NCBI GenBank assembly: GCA_963663225.1
Contig: OY760142.1
Coordinates: forward strand, 256,001 to 320,000
Length of the DNA stretch: 64,000 nucleotides
DNA from: Nitrospirota bacterium
Lineage (GTDB): Bacteria; Nitrospirota; UBA9217
Direction of reading: 5' to 3'
The stretch's first letter is position 1; each line of letters begins with the position of its first letter. Positions 33,001 through 41,176 of the stretch are shown piece by piece. Both the position numbers and the translations under genes were made by a program. Below the pieces are notes generated by a model. It was not told the DNA's origin. It saw nothing but the letters and a program-made list of their open reading frames with translations, and did not search any database.

Positions 33001-35282
33001 ATCCGACGGAAACCGAGGAAGATTTCCGGCAAACGCTGGACTTTGTCCGCAAAAACAGGCCGTGGATTGACGGCGTAAGTCCTTCGCAGTCCTTTACCGT
33101 CATCGTACCGAACACATATCTGTACGAGAATCCCGGCCAGTTCGGCGTGGAAGACAGCCCCCATTATCTCTACTGGAGCACCAGGGATGGCAAAAACACC
33201 TATCCCGTACGGTTTGAACGATATGAACGGTTCTGCACAACCTGCATTGAACTGGGGCTCGTCGGTGTCGGAATTGTGAAGGAAAAAGTGGATAAATGGA
33301 AACTTCTGGGGTCATATTACCGGTTCAAACAGGATTACGAGCGCGCGGCCGAATGCTATCAGAAAGACCTGCTGAAGCATGGTTATTCAGCTGATTCCTT
33401 GACTGCCCTTCTTGAATGCTACAGAAAGGGTGAAAAATTCAACCCGTCCGAGCCGATGCTGGGCATGGAACGATTGATTTCATTTTACAACGCGAGCATC
33501 AGAGACTTGGCGGACAAAATTGAAGAACCGGATACGGCGCGCTCGCTGCAGCACAAAGATAAATCTTCATCTGGCGAAATCAGCCCGGACGCTTCGACGC
33601 AACTTGCCCACGCATCGGCACTCAGCAGGGCCCAGGCAGGAGACGAAGCAGGGGCAATCAAGGATCTAGAATGCGCCGTTGCATCCTGTCCCGGATATGC
33701 CGTCGCCCGCAACGACCTCGGCGTGCTTCTGCAGAGAAAGGGCGATTTTGCCGCCGCCCGATCTCAGTTTGAAGAAGCGGTCCGCTTGCAGCCTGAGAAT
33801 GTAATATTCCAAAAAAATCTCGCGGATCTTCATGTGGTCCTCAAAAACTTCGAAGACGCGGCTCGCCTTTATGACCGCGTTATAAACCAATCTCCGGACG
33901 ACATCGAAGCGTTGTCCGGCCTGTCAAGACTCTGTCTTGAAATCGAGCAGTTTGACTCCGCCCGCCGCTTTCTGGAGCGGATCCTGGAGATTAATCCGGA
34001 CGATCAGGACGCCCGGCAATGCCTCGATGCTCTGACAGCCCGTGAAAAAACGGATGCTGCTCCCCCATCCGGTGCAAGCAATGCCTCAACGGAAAGTGCC
34101 GGCATCTGTGCGGACAAAATACAGGATACTCACTCATCAACGGTTGTTCCACCGGCCACCCGGCAAGGTAATTCCGTTGCAGCTCCGGCCGTAACCGGCG
34201 TCGGTGGAAAGCAAACGCCCTCTCCAGAACGGAACGGCATTATTTGCCTCAACCCTTTCTTCGAGTTCGAAATTGATATTACCGGACGCGTCGTTGTGTG
34301 CTGCACGGGATGGTTCCGGCACAGCCTGGGAAACATGAAAAAACAGACCATTGCCGAAGTCTGGAACAGCCAGGTGGCGCGATACGTCCGGAGGAAAATG
34401 TACAAGGGCGAGTGGGAGGATATCTGCAATCCGCATTGCCCGACGATCGTACATTATCGAAAATACGGCACCGTTATCCCTTACAGCGAGTTGCACAAAA
34501 ACAAGAACCTGACGCCAAAGCACGTTGAAGAAATTCTTGCGGGCAAGGACTGTCTGGAATCAACGCCGACTTATTTCAAACTGAGCGATTCAAAGGTATG
34601 CAATCTGTCCTGCAAAATGTGCGGCGTCGTGCGGAGCAAGGATTACACGGACGACAAGGCAATGATCCAGAAAAGAACGAAGGACCTCATGCAGTACCTG
34701 GACCGTGCGAAAACGGTTTTAATGTGCGGCAACGGAGACCCCTTCGCGCGGCCCGACACCCGGGAAATTTTGATGCATTACAAAAGCAACAATCCGGATT
34801 TGAAATTCTGTCTCATTACCAACGGATTGCTGCTTCCCCGGTACTGGGATAAGGTAAAACACCAGAACTTTGAATCCATCGACATATCCGTAGACGGCGC
34901 CAGCAAAGACGTGTATGAAAAAATCAGGACCGGCGGCAAATGGGAGGACATCCTGAAAGTTCTGGACCTTGTCAGAGACAACCGGAGCAAGTTCGGCAAT
35001 GTATTGGTCAGCATGGTCGTGATGAGAAGCAATTTCAGGGAAATCCCTGCGTTCATAGACATGGCCGAATCCTACGGGTTCCTGCCGATGTTCAGCCGGA
35101 TCCAGGGTCAGTTCGAAGATGAGAACATCTTCGAAATGAGAGACCAGGCGGCATTGAATGAACTGCGGGCTATTGTGACCGCTGAACGAAAAAAGAAACG
35201 AAGCGTGGACGTAATATGGCAGGACATTATCGAGTTTGCCGATGAGGACGTAAAGGAGGAAGCATGTCTGGTGAATCACTGA
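27075..35282 (+). CDS. 2735-aa multidomain enzyme: carbamoyltransferase, GT99/KpsC-like transferase, SAM methyltransferase, TPR, B12-binding radical SAM, TPR, SPASM/radical SAM
   Basis: SD GGGAGG. NodU/CmcH motifs HDTG, EHHVCHAAS, GGVALN, GPRALGHRSIL, FRPFAP, HADGTARVQ. Methyltransferase motifs FTGERFVP and VLDIASGEGYG. Radical SAM motifs IVLGGP, CVNQCHYC and CNLSCKMC. Confidence 0.9.
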   Translation: MKAVLGLKLDPWHDTGAAVVLDDGSRLRVVAISQERLDRIKHSRAFPAEAITYCLETAGCTLKDLSLVVSDFIVSPTVDDRATWVEQPAPDEKQNFFREINNLGIPAVFAEHHVCHAASAYYATDWADAAALVIDGLGSHYETQSIFNCSGNGITKVATSRKPGIGLMYNAVTELLLGFEHLQEGKTMGLAGHAKNGGKWAEYFRGKTDAYNPCQIIYDQFVEKEPALKLTAPAHLPKRKPADDPVSGPFPQYAYAAQSSLESSVLHMVRATARMLPAKRLCYSGGVALNIPANRMILDSGLYDDLFIQPAASDSGIPLGAALLGYYSILGGAKRWSMEHAFLGRNYDLKQTGTASTAWRGPSGEYSTQNVARLLANDYLVAWVQGPSEYGPRALGHRSILCLPRDPQMKAYLNREVKHREMFRPFAPIVPVEEQGNFFDLSVQSPFMLLNATVHPDKAALIPAIVHADGTARVQSIRRSEQPELHALLQEIGTATGVPILLNTSLNLAGEPIVETPAEAIDLFKRSRLDALVLGQHLLTKKPLQELFSAKNPGLAAMHASASITATTPNMETSRENKGPQAQPQKDSPGFNILFYVDPLLDDQKEAFIRGCHFLSTTVMNALKNNPQVQWNALILGSAPVREMFGEEYRECFREIDENLFLDYYKGAGRYEVLAKSFRGEHKKEALAHFAGQLKTIIGDFKPDVIFSSVPVPFLKVLFPSALTIYAEAGLMTTFPIFYSLLFDPAGLLSSSFIEQFAPSILGSSISDAQRTTLQHLRQKLREVLSLDNPFQEELAELKKKYRKLVLLSLPFIIDLHNDPGIESHTVEELLFSILEKIDKDTGVLISTHPHEKMMSAELVDKVQEAFPNATYLAKKHHYFTSIHIIPSVDAVINVSSKTALWSLLLDKKLLSIGKTFSAVSDWESIEDFNADRNERSIDKDPLLLYLLTHYYVPEKYYTDGAWMTAFIQKSICRNVSGNIGPDFYDDIDGDMAILEDLIRRTEGYLEDRKKTALEFTGERFVPELSGQIAYEHFHRYAFASEFAKNKRVLDIASGEGYGSALLAAAAREVVGVDISNQAVNHAREKYKGVGNLSFIQGECKKVPCPDGSFDVVVSFETLEHTRDQAEFLSEIKRVLVKDGILVISTPNKKIYSDDRNYDNPYHVLELDKDDFNVLLNSHFTRTSLWGQRVAFSSHLWPMDSSKTLPFRHYRRPGEGKYSSGNEPPFDPEYYIAVCSDSTAVPDNYISLYTGEKNELFAEYANRETWARALEKEVAAKNDIISNLRQQINQFQKDGDGTQIEEEKTAPESTETGAAAVNDDSESEYVFAQTLVQNGRIDEALAALNHIVQNHPDHADAHAALGALYARRQDKVRALMHYERAVTLAPQNTGALRALADLYYVDMGRTEDAQILYCRCIAQQPDDCEILQILANICVSQKQFNAARTVFAAMQRLAPENNDAKNAIAAIDRYQSSVVATSSPEFLHKESGILAQAGLYREAISLLERLIGMHPEFVLAYNDLGVLYGNSGDFPKAQQHYQEALKLEPENIMIQKNLADLLLVGFGNAEEAVKLYSAILQHVPDDQEALLALRQARAERDDSEQAITDDFSVTLVQCPAWGRETPPVAISLLAGNLRSKGYRVHLFDLNNELYHQVAPKHKMYWDQEQYSFWSSPVEVKNLIKQYQSVIENMVDRIVEKKSRLIGFSIVFTALHFTLEIAERVKKRLPDSIIVLGGPSTAEYADGLKHLDNPFVDALVLREGDITLPELCKNLKETGRLLRIPGLVFKENGSIINGGLRDPAPSLDDIPYADYSDFDLSTYTHPNRLDMFSSRSCVNQCHYCDERKYLQRYRFRSGKSLFEEVRYNLQKFPGITYINFCDSVVNGSLKELSEFARLLVENSVHITWSGQSVVRKDMTPDLLKLLAKSGCTYLSYGVETGSDAVLKSMNKKLASREAAENNLRDTHNAGIKAYANFMFGYPTETEEDFRQTLDFVRKNRPWIDGVSPSQSFTVIVPNTYLYENPGQFGVEDSPHYLYWSTRDGKNTYPVRFERYERFCTTCIELGLVGVGIVKEKVDKWKLLGSYYRFKQDYERAAECYQKDLLKHGYSADSLTALLECYRKGEKFNPSEPMLGMERLISFYNASIRDLADKIEEPDTARSLQHKDKSSSGEISPDASTQLAHASALSRAQAGDEAGAIKDLECAVASCPGYAVARNDLGVLLQRKGDFAAARSQFEEAVRLQPENVIFQKNLADLHVVLKNFEDAARLYDRVINQSPDDIEALSGLSRLCLEIEQFDSARRFLERILEINPDDQDARQCLDALTAREKTDAAPPSGASNASTESAGICADKIQDTHSSTVVPPATRQGNSVAAPAVTGVGGKQTPSPERNGIICLNPFFEFEIDITGRVVVCCTGWFRHSLGNMKKQTIAEVWNSQVARYVRRKMYKGEWEDICNPHCPTIVHYRKYGTVIPYSELHKNKNLTPKHVEEILAGKDCLESTPTYFKLSDSKVCNLSCKMCGVVRSKDYTDDKAMIQKRTKDLMQYLDRAKTVLMCGNGDPFARPDTREILMHYKSNNPDLKFCLITNGLLLPRYWDKVKHQNFESIDISVDGASKDVYEKIRTGGKWEDILKVLDLVRDNRSKFGNVLVSMVVMRSNFREIPAFIDMAESYGFLPMFSRIQGQFEDENIFEMRDQAALNELRAIVTAERKKKRSVDVIWQDIIEFADEDVKEEACLVNH

Positions 35283-38200
35283 AAGCTGCATGGTCGCTGC
35301 TGGAATCAAACCAATTGCGGCAGGCGCGGCAGCTACTGGTCTCTCTGATCGGCGACGATCCGGCGAATGCCGGGGCAATGCACGCGCTGGCGACCGCAGA
35401 TATCAAGGAAGGAAAATATCTCTCCGCGCTGGAGCTTCTGGAGGAGGTACTCCGAATCAATCCGAAGAACGGCAATGCGCTGCGCGACAGGGATTTCGTC
35501 CGCACGAAAATCAGCCAGGACACTGTCCGAACGGCAAACGCAGAAACCAGCTCCGCAGACGCGCCTGCTGCTGCCGCGAAGGAGATCACAACGCATCCCG
35601 CGCTGGACTCGGACAAGAGCGTCAAAATATCCATTATCATACCTGTTTTCAACCAGATCGCCTATACAAAACAATGCATCGAAACGGTTCTGACAACCTG
35701 CGAACACCACGATTATGAGATACTCGTGGTCGATGACTGTTCCACCGACGGGACCCAGGAATATCTTGAAAGCGTGAAGTCGTTCGTGCGGTCTTTCCGC
35801 AATGAAAAAAACCAGGGTTTCATTTTAAACTGTAATTTTGCCGCCTCACAGGCCAGAGGCGAGTATATCGTCTTATTGAATAACGACACGATTCCGCAGC
35901 CGAATTGGCTTGACGGCCTGCTGGAGCCGTTCGGAATGTATGACAACGTTGCGGCAACCGGCGCACTGATGATTTTCCCGAACAACACCGTTCTTGAAGC
36001 ATCAAGCATCGTTTTTTCTGACGGTTCCGGCTGGAACTACGGCCGCGGCTGCGATCCGGAATCTCCGCGATACAATTTTATCCGCGAAGCCGACTATATT
36101 CCGGGCGGCGGCATGATGATCAAAAAAGCAATCTGGGACGAACTCGGCGGACTGGATACGTACTATTGTCCCGCCTATTACGACGATATTGACTTCTGCT
36201 TCAGGGCGCGCCAGGCAGGCTACAAAATCCTGTACACGCCGTTTTCAAGGATCATTCATTTCGAGGGCATGAGCGGCGGTACGGACGTCACGAAGGGCAT
36301 GAAGCGGTACCAGGTCGTCAACCAGGAAAAATTCAGGGAACGGTGGAAAGACGAATTACTAAAAAACCATTACGAAAACAAGTATGAAAACGTATTCAAA
36401 GCATCCCGAAGGGAACAAGGGAAGCGGATACTTCTGATCGATCATCTGCTTCCTCTTCCGAATTTCAACTCAGGCTGTTTCAGAATGAACCACATCGTCA
36501 AACAGCTGGTTAAACTGGGACATAAAATCACGTTTGTTCACCTGTCAAATACCGACCCTGAGAACTACAAGGATGTGCTCAGGAAAATGGGCGTAGAAAC
36601 AGTAGGCCTGAATTATGAATCATGGGAACATAGCGGGGGCCAGAAAAAAGCGGCTATTATAGATCAAATATTGAAGTCCCTGGAAGCACAATACAACAAC
36701 TATGATGTCGTTTACCTGGCTTTTTACTGGGTGGCCACGCTGTTCATAAAAGAGCTCAGGAAAAGACTGCCTGCCGCAATCATTTTTGTCGATTCGATCG
36801 ATATCCATTTTCTGCGCAAGGAGCGGGAGGCCGAACTGCACAAAGACCAGAAACATGCTACGGCGGCCAGGCAAACCAAATGTGATGAACTCGCCACGTA
36901 TGCAAAGTCTGATGCGGTCATAACCGTCACCGAAGATGACAGGCAGACTCTTCAGAAGGAACTGCCGTACAAGCCATCATTCGTCCTGCCGAACGTTCAT
37001 GACATCGTTCCGGTAGAGGCAGGATTCAACGAACGAAAAGACTTGCTGTTTGTCGGCGGTTTCAACCATACGCCCAATGTTGACGCCATGCTCTATTTCT
37101 GCCGCGAGATATTTCCTGCGGTGAAAAAAGCGATCCCGGGAATAAAATTATGGATCGTGGGCAGCAATCCCACGGACGAGGTAAAAGCGCTGGCTGGTGA
37201 TTCGGTCGTAGTAACGGGCTGGGTCAAGGAAACAAAACCGTATCTCGATCAATCCAGAATATCCATTGTTCCGCTGCGGTATGGAGCAGGAATGAAGGGA
37301 AAGGTCGGCGAAGCTCTGTCACACGGCCTCCCGGTGATTACGACGCCGGTCGGCAGTGAGGGAATGGGAATAGCCAGCGGAGAGCACGCAATTGTGGTCG
37401 AATCACCCGAAGAATGGGTACAACAAATCACACGGCTCTACCATGATGAAGCATTGTGGAATCATTTGTCCAAAAACGGACAGGATCTGATATCAAGCTT
37501 ATATGGCAGCGACAAAATCCGGGAACGTGCGCGTACGCTCCTGAACTTCAGTTCGCGCGAGGATGTGGCCGCCCTGTCATCTTGTCCATCTAAGAACTCA
37601 TTCTCCTACGCGAACGGGATCACCTCGATTGTTATTCTGACCTATAATCAGCTCGAATATACAAAAAAATGCGTACAAAGTATCCAGGCGCACACGACGG
37701 AGCCGCATGAAATCATTTTCATCGACAATGCTTCCACGGACGGAACCGTCAAATGGCTCAGAAAAATGGTCGCCGACAATACGAACTACAGACTGATAGA
37801 AAACAACGTAAATTTAGGTTTCTCAAAAGGCTGCAACCAAGGGATAGAGGCATCATGCGGTGAATACATCCTGCTGCTGAACAATGATGTCGTGGTCACC
37901 CCTGCATGGTTGTCAGGGATGCTTGCATGCCTGCACAGTTCTCCGAACGCGGGCATCGTCGGACCCATGACAAATAATATCAGCGGACCACAAAAGGTGC
38001 CTGCCGTCGGTTATTCGGCCCTCGAAGAGCTGGATTCTTATGCACGCGCTTTCCGGGAACGAAACCGGCACCGCAGAATACCTTATCGGAGGATCGTGGG
38101 ATACTGCATGCTCTTTAAGCACGACCTTGCCGACGGCGTAGGGTTGCTTGACGAAAGTTTCGGATCGGGCAATTTCGAAGACGATGATTATTGTCTGCGT

Positions 38201-40381
38201 GCGGAGCTTCTGGGATACCAGAATTTCATCGCCGGCGATGTATTCATTCACCACTACGGCAGTGTAAGCTTTGCGGGAAATAAAATCGATTATCGTTCCG
38301 CTTTGTCGAAAAATCGGCGCATTTTTACGAATAAATGGAGCGGCGTCGACGCCGGAAGTCCGCTCGGAAAAAATCTGGCGGGTTTGAACGCCCGCGACAA
38401 GGCAATGGAACTGGACCATTCCGGTCATCTGGAGAAAGCAATCGAAGCGCTTCTTAAGGGGATTCATCAGGCTCCGGAAGTCAGAAATACGTATTACAAG
38501 ATGGCGGAACTGCTTCTTGATGCCAAGCAGTATGCCGAAGCGCTCAAGGTGGTCACGGAACTGCTGCCTGATGACGACGATGTTCCCAGGCTCGTGCTGG
38601 CGGGATACTGCGAAGAAGGCCTTGGGCATAATGAAGAAGCCGGAAAGTATGCAACGCGCATATTGAACATCAACTCGACATCGGCTCCCGCTCAGAACCT
38701 GCAAGGAATACTGGCATATAAAAGAAAAGATCTCGCCGCGGCCCGGGATTTTTTCAACTTGGCCGCCGCTTCTGATCCTTCATACGGGGAGCCGCAGACA
38801 AATCTCGGAGTACTCGCGTGGGCCTTGGGAGAACGACAAAATGCGCTGGACCTTTTGGAACGGGGTTTTGTTCTGGAGCCTGCATCCCCGGACAATGCCT
38901 CGGCATACCATGCAGCCGTCACCGACCAGAAAGAATTCGGCAGAGCGGAGCTGGTATTCCGGGAAGCAAAAGCGCTCTATCCGATGCACCGGGGAATCAC
39001 CTTTCTTCTTATCGACCTCCTGCTGAAGCAAGAAGACTATGACCGTGCCATGCAGGAAATCGAACAGGCAATGATGCTTTTCGGCATCGAGGACGGCGTT
39101 CTGTCCGCGGCACTTGATGTTCGTGAAAAAATCGGCCCGCAAAAGGTTGTCGAAAAAACCGGAAACAGGTGTTCTCTCTCATTGTGCATGATTGTCAAAA
39201 ACGAGGAGCAACATCTTCCAAAATGCCTGATGAGCGTAAAGTCTCTTGTTGATGAGATGATCGTGGTTGACACCGGCTCAACGGACAGGACGCCGGATAT
39301 TGCACGGGCATTCGGCGCGCGAGTTTTCGATTTTACCTGGAATGGGGATTTTTCCCAAGCCCGCAATTGCTCGCTCGAATATGCCTCGGGCGACTGGATT
39401 CTTCTTCTGGATGCTGACGAAGTGATCTCCCCGAAAGACCACGCTGAGATAACACGCCTGATCGGCAGACGAAACAATAGAAAAGCCGCGTATTCGCTGA
39501 TTACCAGAAACTACATTGCATCGACCGATACCACCGGATGGACCGCAAATGACGGAGGATATCCTCTTGAGGAAGCCGGCACCGGCTGGGCCGGCAGCAT
39601 TAAAGTCCGCTTATTTCCGCGCGATAACCGTATTCGTTTCGTCAATCCCGTGCATGAGCTGGTGGAACCTTCTGTAAAGAGCATCGGCATATCGATACAG
39701 GATTGCAGAGTTCCGATTCACCACTATGGAAAGCTGGACCAGCAGAAAAACATACACAAGGGGGAGGAATATTATCAACTCGGCAAAAAGAAGCTCCTGG
39801 AGCTGGGTGACAGTCCCGATATACTCCGCGAACTGGCCCTTCAGGCGGGAGAATTGAACAAATTCGACGAGGCGATCGATCTCTGGAATCGGGTCGTGGC
39901 GGTCCGACCCGATATGGCCCTGGCGTACGTCAACATGGGATCGCTCTATCTGAAACAAGGGCACTATCAGGAAGCACTGGAGGCGACTAAAAAAGCCTTC
40001 CAACTTGCCCCCCGCATGAAGGAATCTGCATCCAGCTACGCCCTCTGCGAATTATACAACGGAAACGCTCCCCGGACGATAACGGTCCTTGAGGAACTGG
40101 TCCGCCGCGAACCCACTTATCCTTCCGCACAGATTCTTCTGTGGATGGCATACTGCTGTGACGGCAGAACCAAGCAGAGCGCTACCCTGTTTAAGGAACT
40201 CTACTATTTCAAAAACTCGGTTGCGGCTGATTCATGCCTGCAAACGGCGAAAAAACTGATTTCCGCAGAGCAGAAAGAATATGCCGCGCGGCTCATGGAC
40301 GCGGCCATAGGGAATAATATTCTGAATGATGAGCTTCTCCGCCTCAGGAAGGACTGCTGTCACGAGACAGTGCCACAATGA
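35264..40381 (+). CDS. 1705-aa multi-glycosyltransferase (TPR-GT2-GT4-GT2-TPR-GT2-TPR)
   Basis: SD AAGGAGG. GT2 SIIIPVFN/DDCSTDG/LLNND; GT4 FVGGFNHTPN/GMKGKVGEA; GT2 SIVILTYN/LLNND/FEDDD; GT2 SLCMIVKNEE/LDADE. Confidence 0.93.
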   Translation: MSGESLKAAWSLLESNQLRQARQLLVSLIGDDPANAGAMHALATADIKEGKYLSALELLEEVLRINPKNGNALRDRDFVRTKISQDTVRTANAETSSADAPAAAAKEITTHPALDSDKSVKISIIIPVFNQIAYTKQCIETVLTTCEHHDYEILVVDDCSTDGTQEYLESVKSFVRSFRNEKNQGFILNCNFAASQARGEYIVLLNNDTIPQPNWLDGLLEPFGMYDNVAATGALMIFPNNTVLEASSIVFSDGSGWNYGRGCDPESPRYNFIREADYIPGGGMMIKKAIWDELGGLDTYYCPAYYDDIDFCFRARQAGYKILYTPFSRIIHFEGMSGGTDVTKGMKRYQVVNQEKFRERWKDELLKNHYENKYENVFKASRREQGKRILLIDHLLPLPNFNSGCFRMNHIVKQLVKLGHKITFVHLSNTDPENYKDVLRKMGVETVGLNYESWEHSGGQKKAAIIDQILKSLEAQYNNYDVVYLAFYWVATLFIKELRKRLPAAIIFVDSIDIHFLRKEREAELHKDQKHATAARQTKCDELATYAKSDAVITVTEDDRQTLQKELPYKPSFVLPNVHDIVPVEAGFNERKDLLFVGGFNHTPNVDAMLYFCREIFPAVKKAIPGIKLWIVGSNPTDEVKALAGDSVVVTGWVKETKPYLDQSRISIVPLRYGAGMKGKVGEALSHGLPVITTPVGSEGMGIASGEHAIVVESPEEWVQQITRLYHDEALWNHLSKNGQDLISSLYGSDKIRERARTLLNFSSREDVAALSSCPSKNSFSYANGITSIVILTYNQLEYTKKCVQSIQAHTTEPHEIIFIDNASTDGTVKWLRKMVADNTNYRLIENNVNLGFSKGCNQGIEASCGEYILLLNNDVVVTPAWLSGMLACLHSSPNAGIVGPMTNNISGPQKVPAVGYSALEELDSYARAFRERNRHRRIPYRRIVGYCMLFKHDLADGVGLLDESFGSGNFEDDDYCLRAELLGYQNFIAGDVFIHHYGSVSFAGNKIDYRSALSKNRRIFTNKWSGVDAGSPLGKNLAGLNARDKAMELDHSGHLEKAIEALLKGIHQAPEVRNTYYKMAELLLDAKQYAEALKVVTELLPDDDDVPRLVLAGYCEEGLGHNEEAGKYATRILNINSTSAPAQNLQGILAYKRKDLAAARDFFNLAAASDPSYGEPQTNLGVLAWALGERQNALDLLERGFVLEPASPDNASAYHAAVTDQKEFGRAELVFREAKALYPMHRGITFLLIDLLLKQEDYDRAMQEIEQAMMLFGIEDGVLSAALDVREKIGPQKVVEKTGNRCSLSLCMIVKNEEQHLPKCLMSVKSLVDEMIVVDTGSTDRTPDIARAFGARVFDFTWNGDFSQARNCSLEYASGDWILLLDADEVISPKDHAEITRLIGRRNNRKAAYSLITRNYIASTDTTGWTANDGGYPLEEAGTGWAGSIKVRLFPRDNRIRFVNPVHELVEPSVKSIGISIQDCRVPIHHYGKLDQQKNIHKGEEYYQLGKKKLLELGDSPDILRELALQAGELNKFDEAIDLWNRVVAVRPDMALAYVNMGSLYLKQGHYQEALEATKKAFQLAPRMKESASSYALCELYNGNAPRTITVLEELVRREPTYPSAQILLWMAYCCDGRTKQSATLFKELYYFKNSVAADSCLQTAKKLISAEQKEYAARLMDAAIGNNILNDELLRLRKDCCHETVPQ

Positions 40382-40417
40382 TGCGGACATCGTCGATATT
40401 TTAAAGGAAACTGGCGG

Positions 40418-40795
40418 TTACCGGGCCCCTTCTCTGAGGCCGGCAGCAATGTTCAAATTGATATTGATGAGGATGGTAAGTTTGTCCGGAGACGGATACG
40501 ACATTACTGAGAAAATCCTTTTATCGATGAAAACGCTCAGACTCAGGAGGTCTTCGCGGATCTTTTTTGGTAGTTGGTTGTCTGCCCTCGCAAGTTCGCT
40601 CTGAAATATGCTCCAGATAAGCTGGTTGTACTTAAGCGCTTCGTCAAGATTCTTGCCGCGGTCCCTGGCACCCCAATTGTCCTGGCATTGCTTGAGTTTC
40701 ATGGCAGCTGCAATAAGCACCGAAGCTTCGATTTCACGTCCGCTCATGGTAGTTTTCTGCACAGTTCTGTATGCTTCTAGCTGGCTAGCGTACAC
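40418..40795 (-). CDS. flaF: Flagellin regulator/chaperone FlaF
   Basis: REIEA, EALKYNQLIWSIF, NQLP..IR..LLSL..F and LININLNIAAGL motifs. Confidence 0.92.
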   Translation of the reverse strand: MYASQLEAYRTVQKTTMSGREIEASVLIAAAMKLKQCQDNWGARDRGKNLDEALKYNQLIWSIFQSELARADNQLPKKIREDLLSLSVFIDKRIFSVMSYPSPDKLTILININLNIAAGLREGAR

Positions 40796-41174
40796 GGTTG
40801 ACTACCTCCTGTTCATACTCGATAAGTTTTTTTGCCTTTTTGAGCGCCTGGTAGTACTTGCTGCTCAATATCAACTCATTAATCTGTTCAATAAGGGGCA
40901 TCGTACTGGGAGCCGCCTGAACTACGTCCTTGACGAGCCTCCAGTACAGGGTATGATGTTCGGCAAGATTTTTATCATCCACATACATCAGCTGTATGAC
41001 GAAATATATTCTGGTGCAGGGCGTTACAGCCTTTTTTTCGCTCAGGATATCCTGCTCACGCAGAATCGGGACATTGTTTTCAATAATCAGGCTGCTGCGC
41101 GCATCGCCGTTTGATACGACGGCCCCGCCTACAATCATCCGCTCGTGCGGTTTTAAGGTAATTTTAAGCGCCAT
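40785..41174 (-). CDS. flbT: Flagellin post-transcriptional regulator FlbT
   Basis: MALKITLKPHER..VGGAV..NGD, TP..RIYF.IQLMY and YQALK..KKLI.YE motifs. Confidence 0.93.
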   Translation of the reverse strand: MALKITLKPHERMIVGGAVVSNGDARSSLIIENNVPILREQDILSEKKAVTPCTRIYFVIQLMYVDDKNLAEHHTLYWRLVKDVVQAAPSTMPLIEQINELILSSKYYQALKKAKKLIEYEQEVVNRVR

Positions 41175-41176
41175 GG

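Noticed and set aside
27075-40381. Interpretation as a RiPP or antibiotic biosynthetic cluster
   Set aside because: No precursor peptide, NRPS/PKS, exporter or resistance gene nearby. The GT/TPR content and flagellar context favour glycan modification, although this is not formally excluded.
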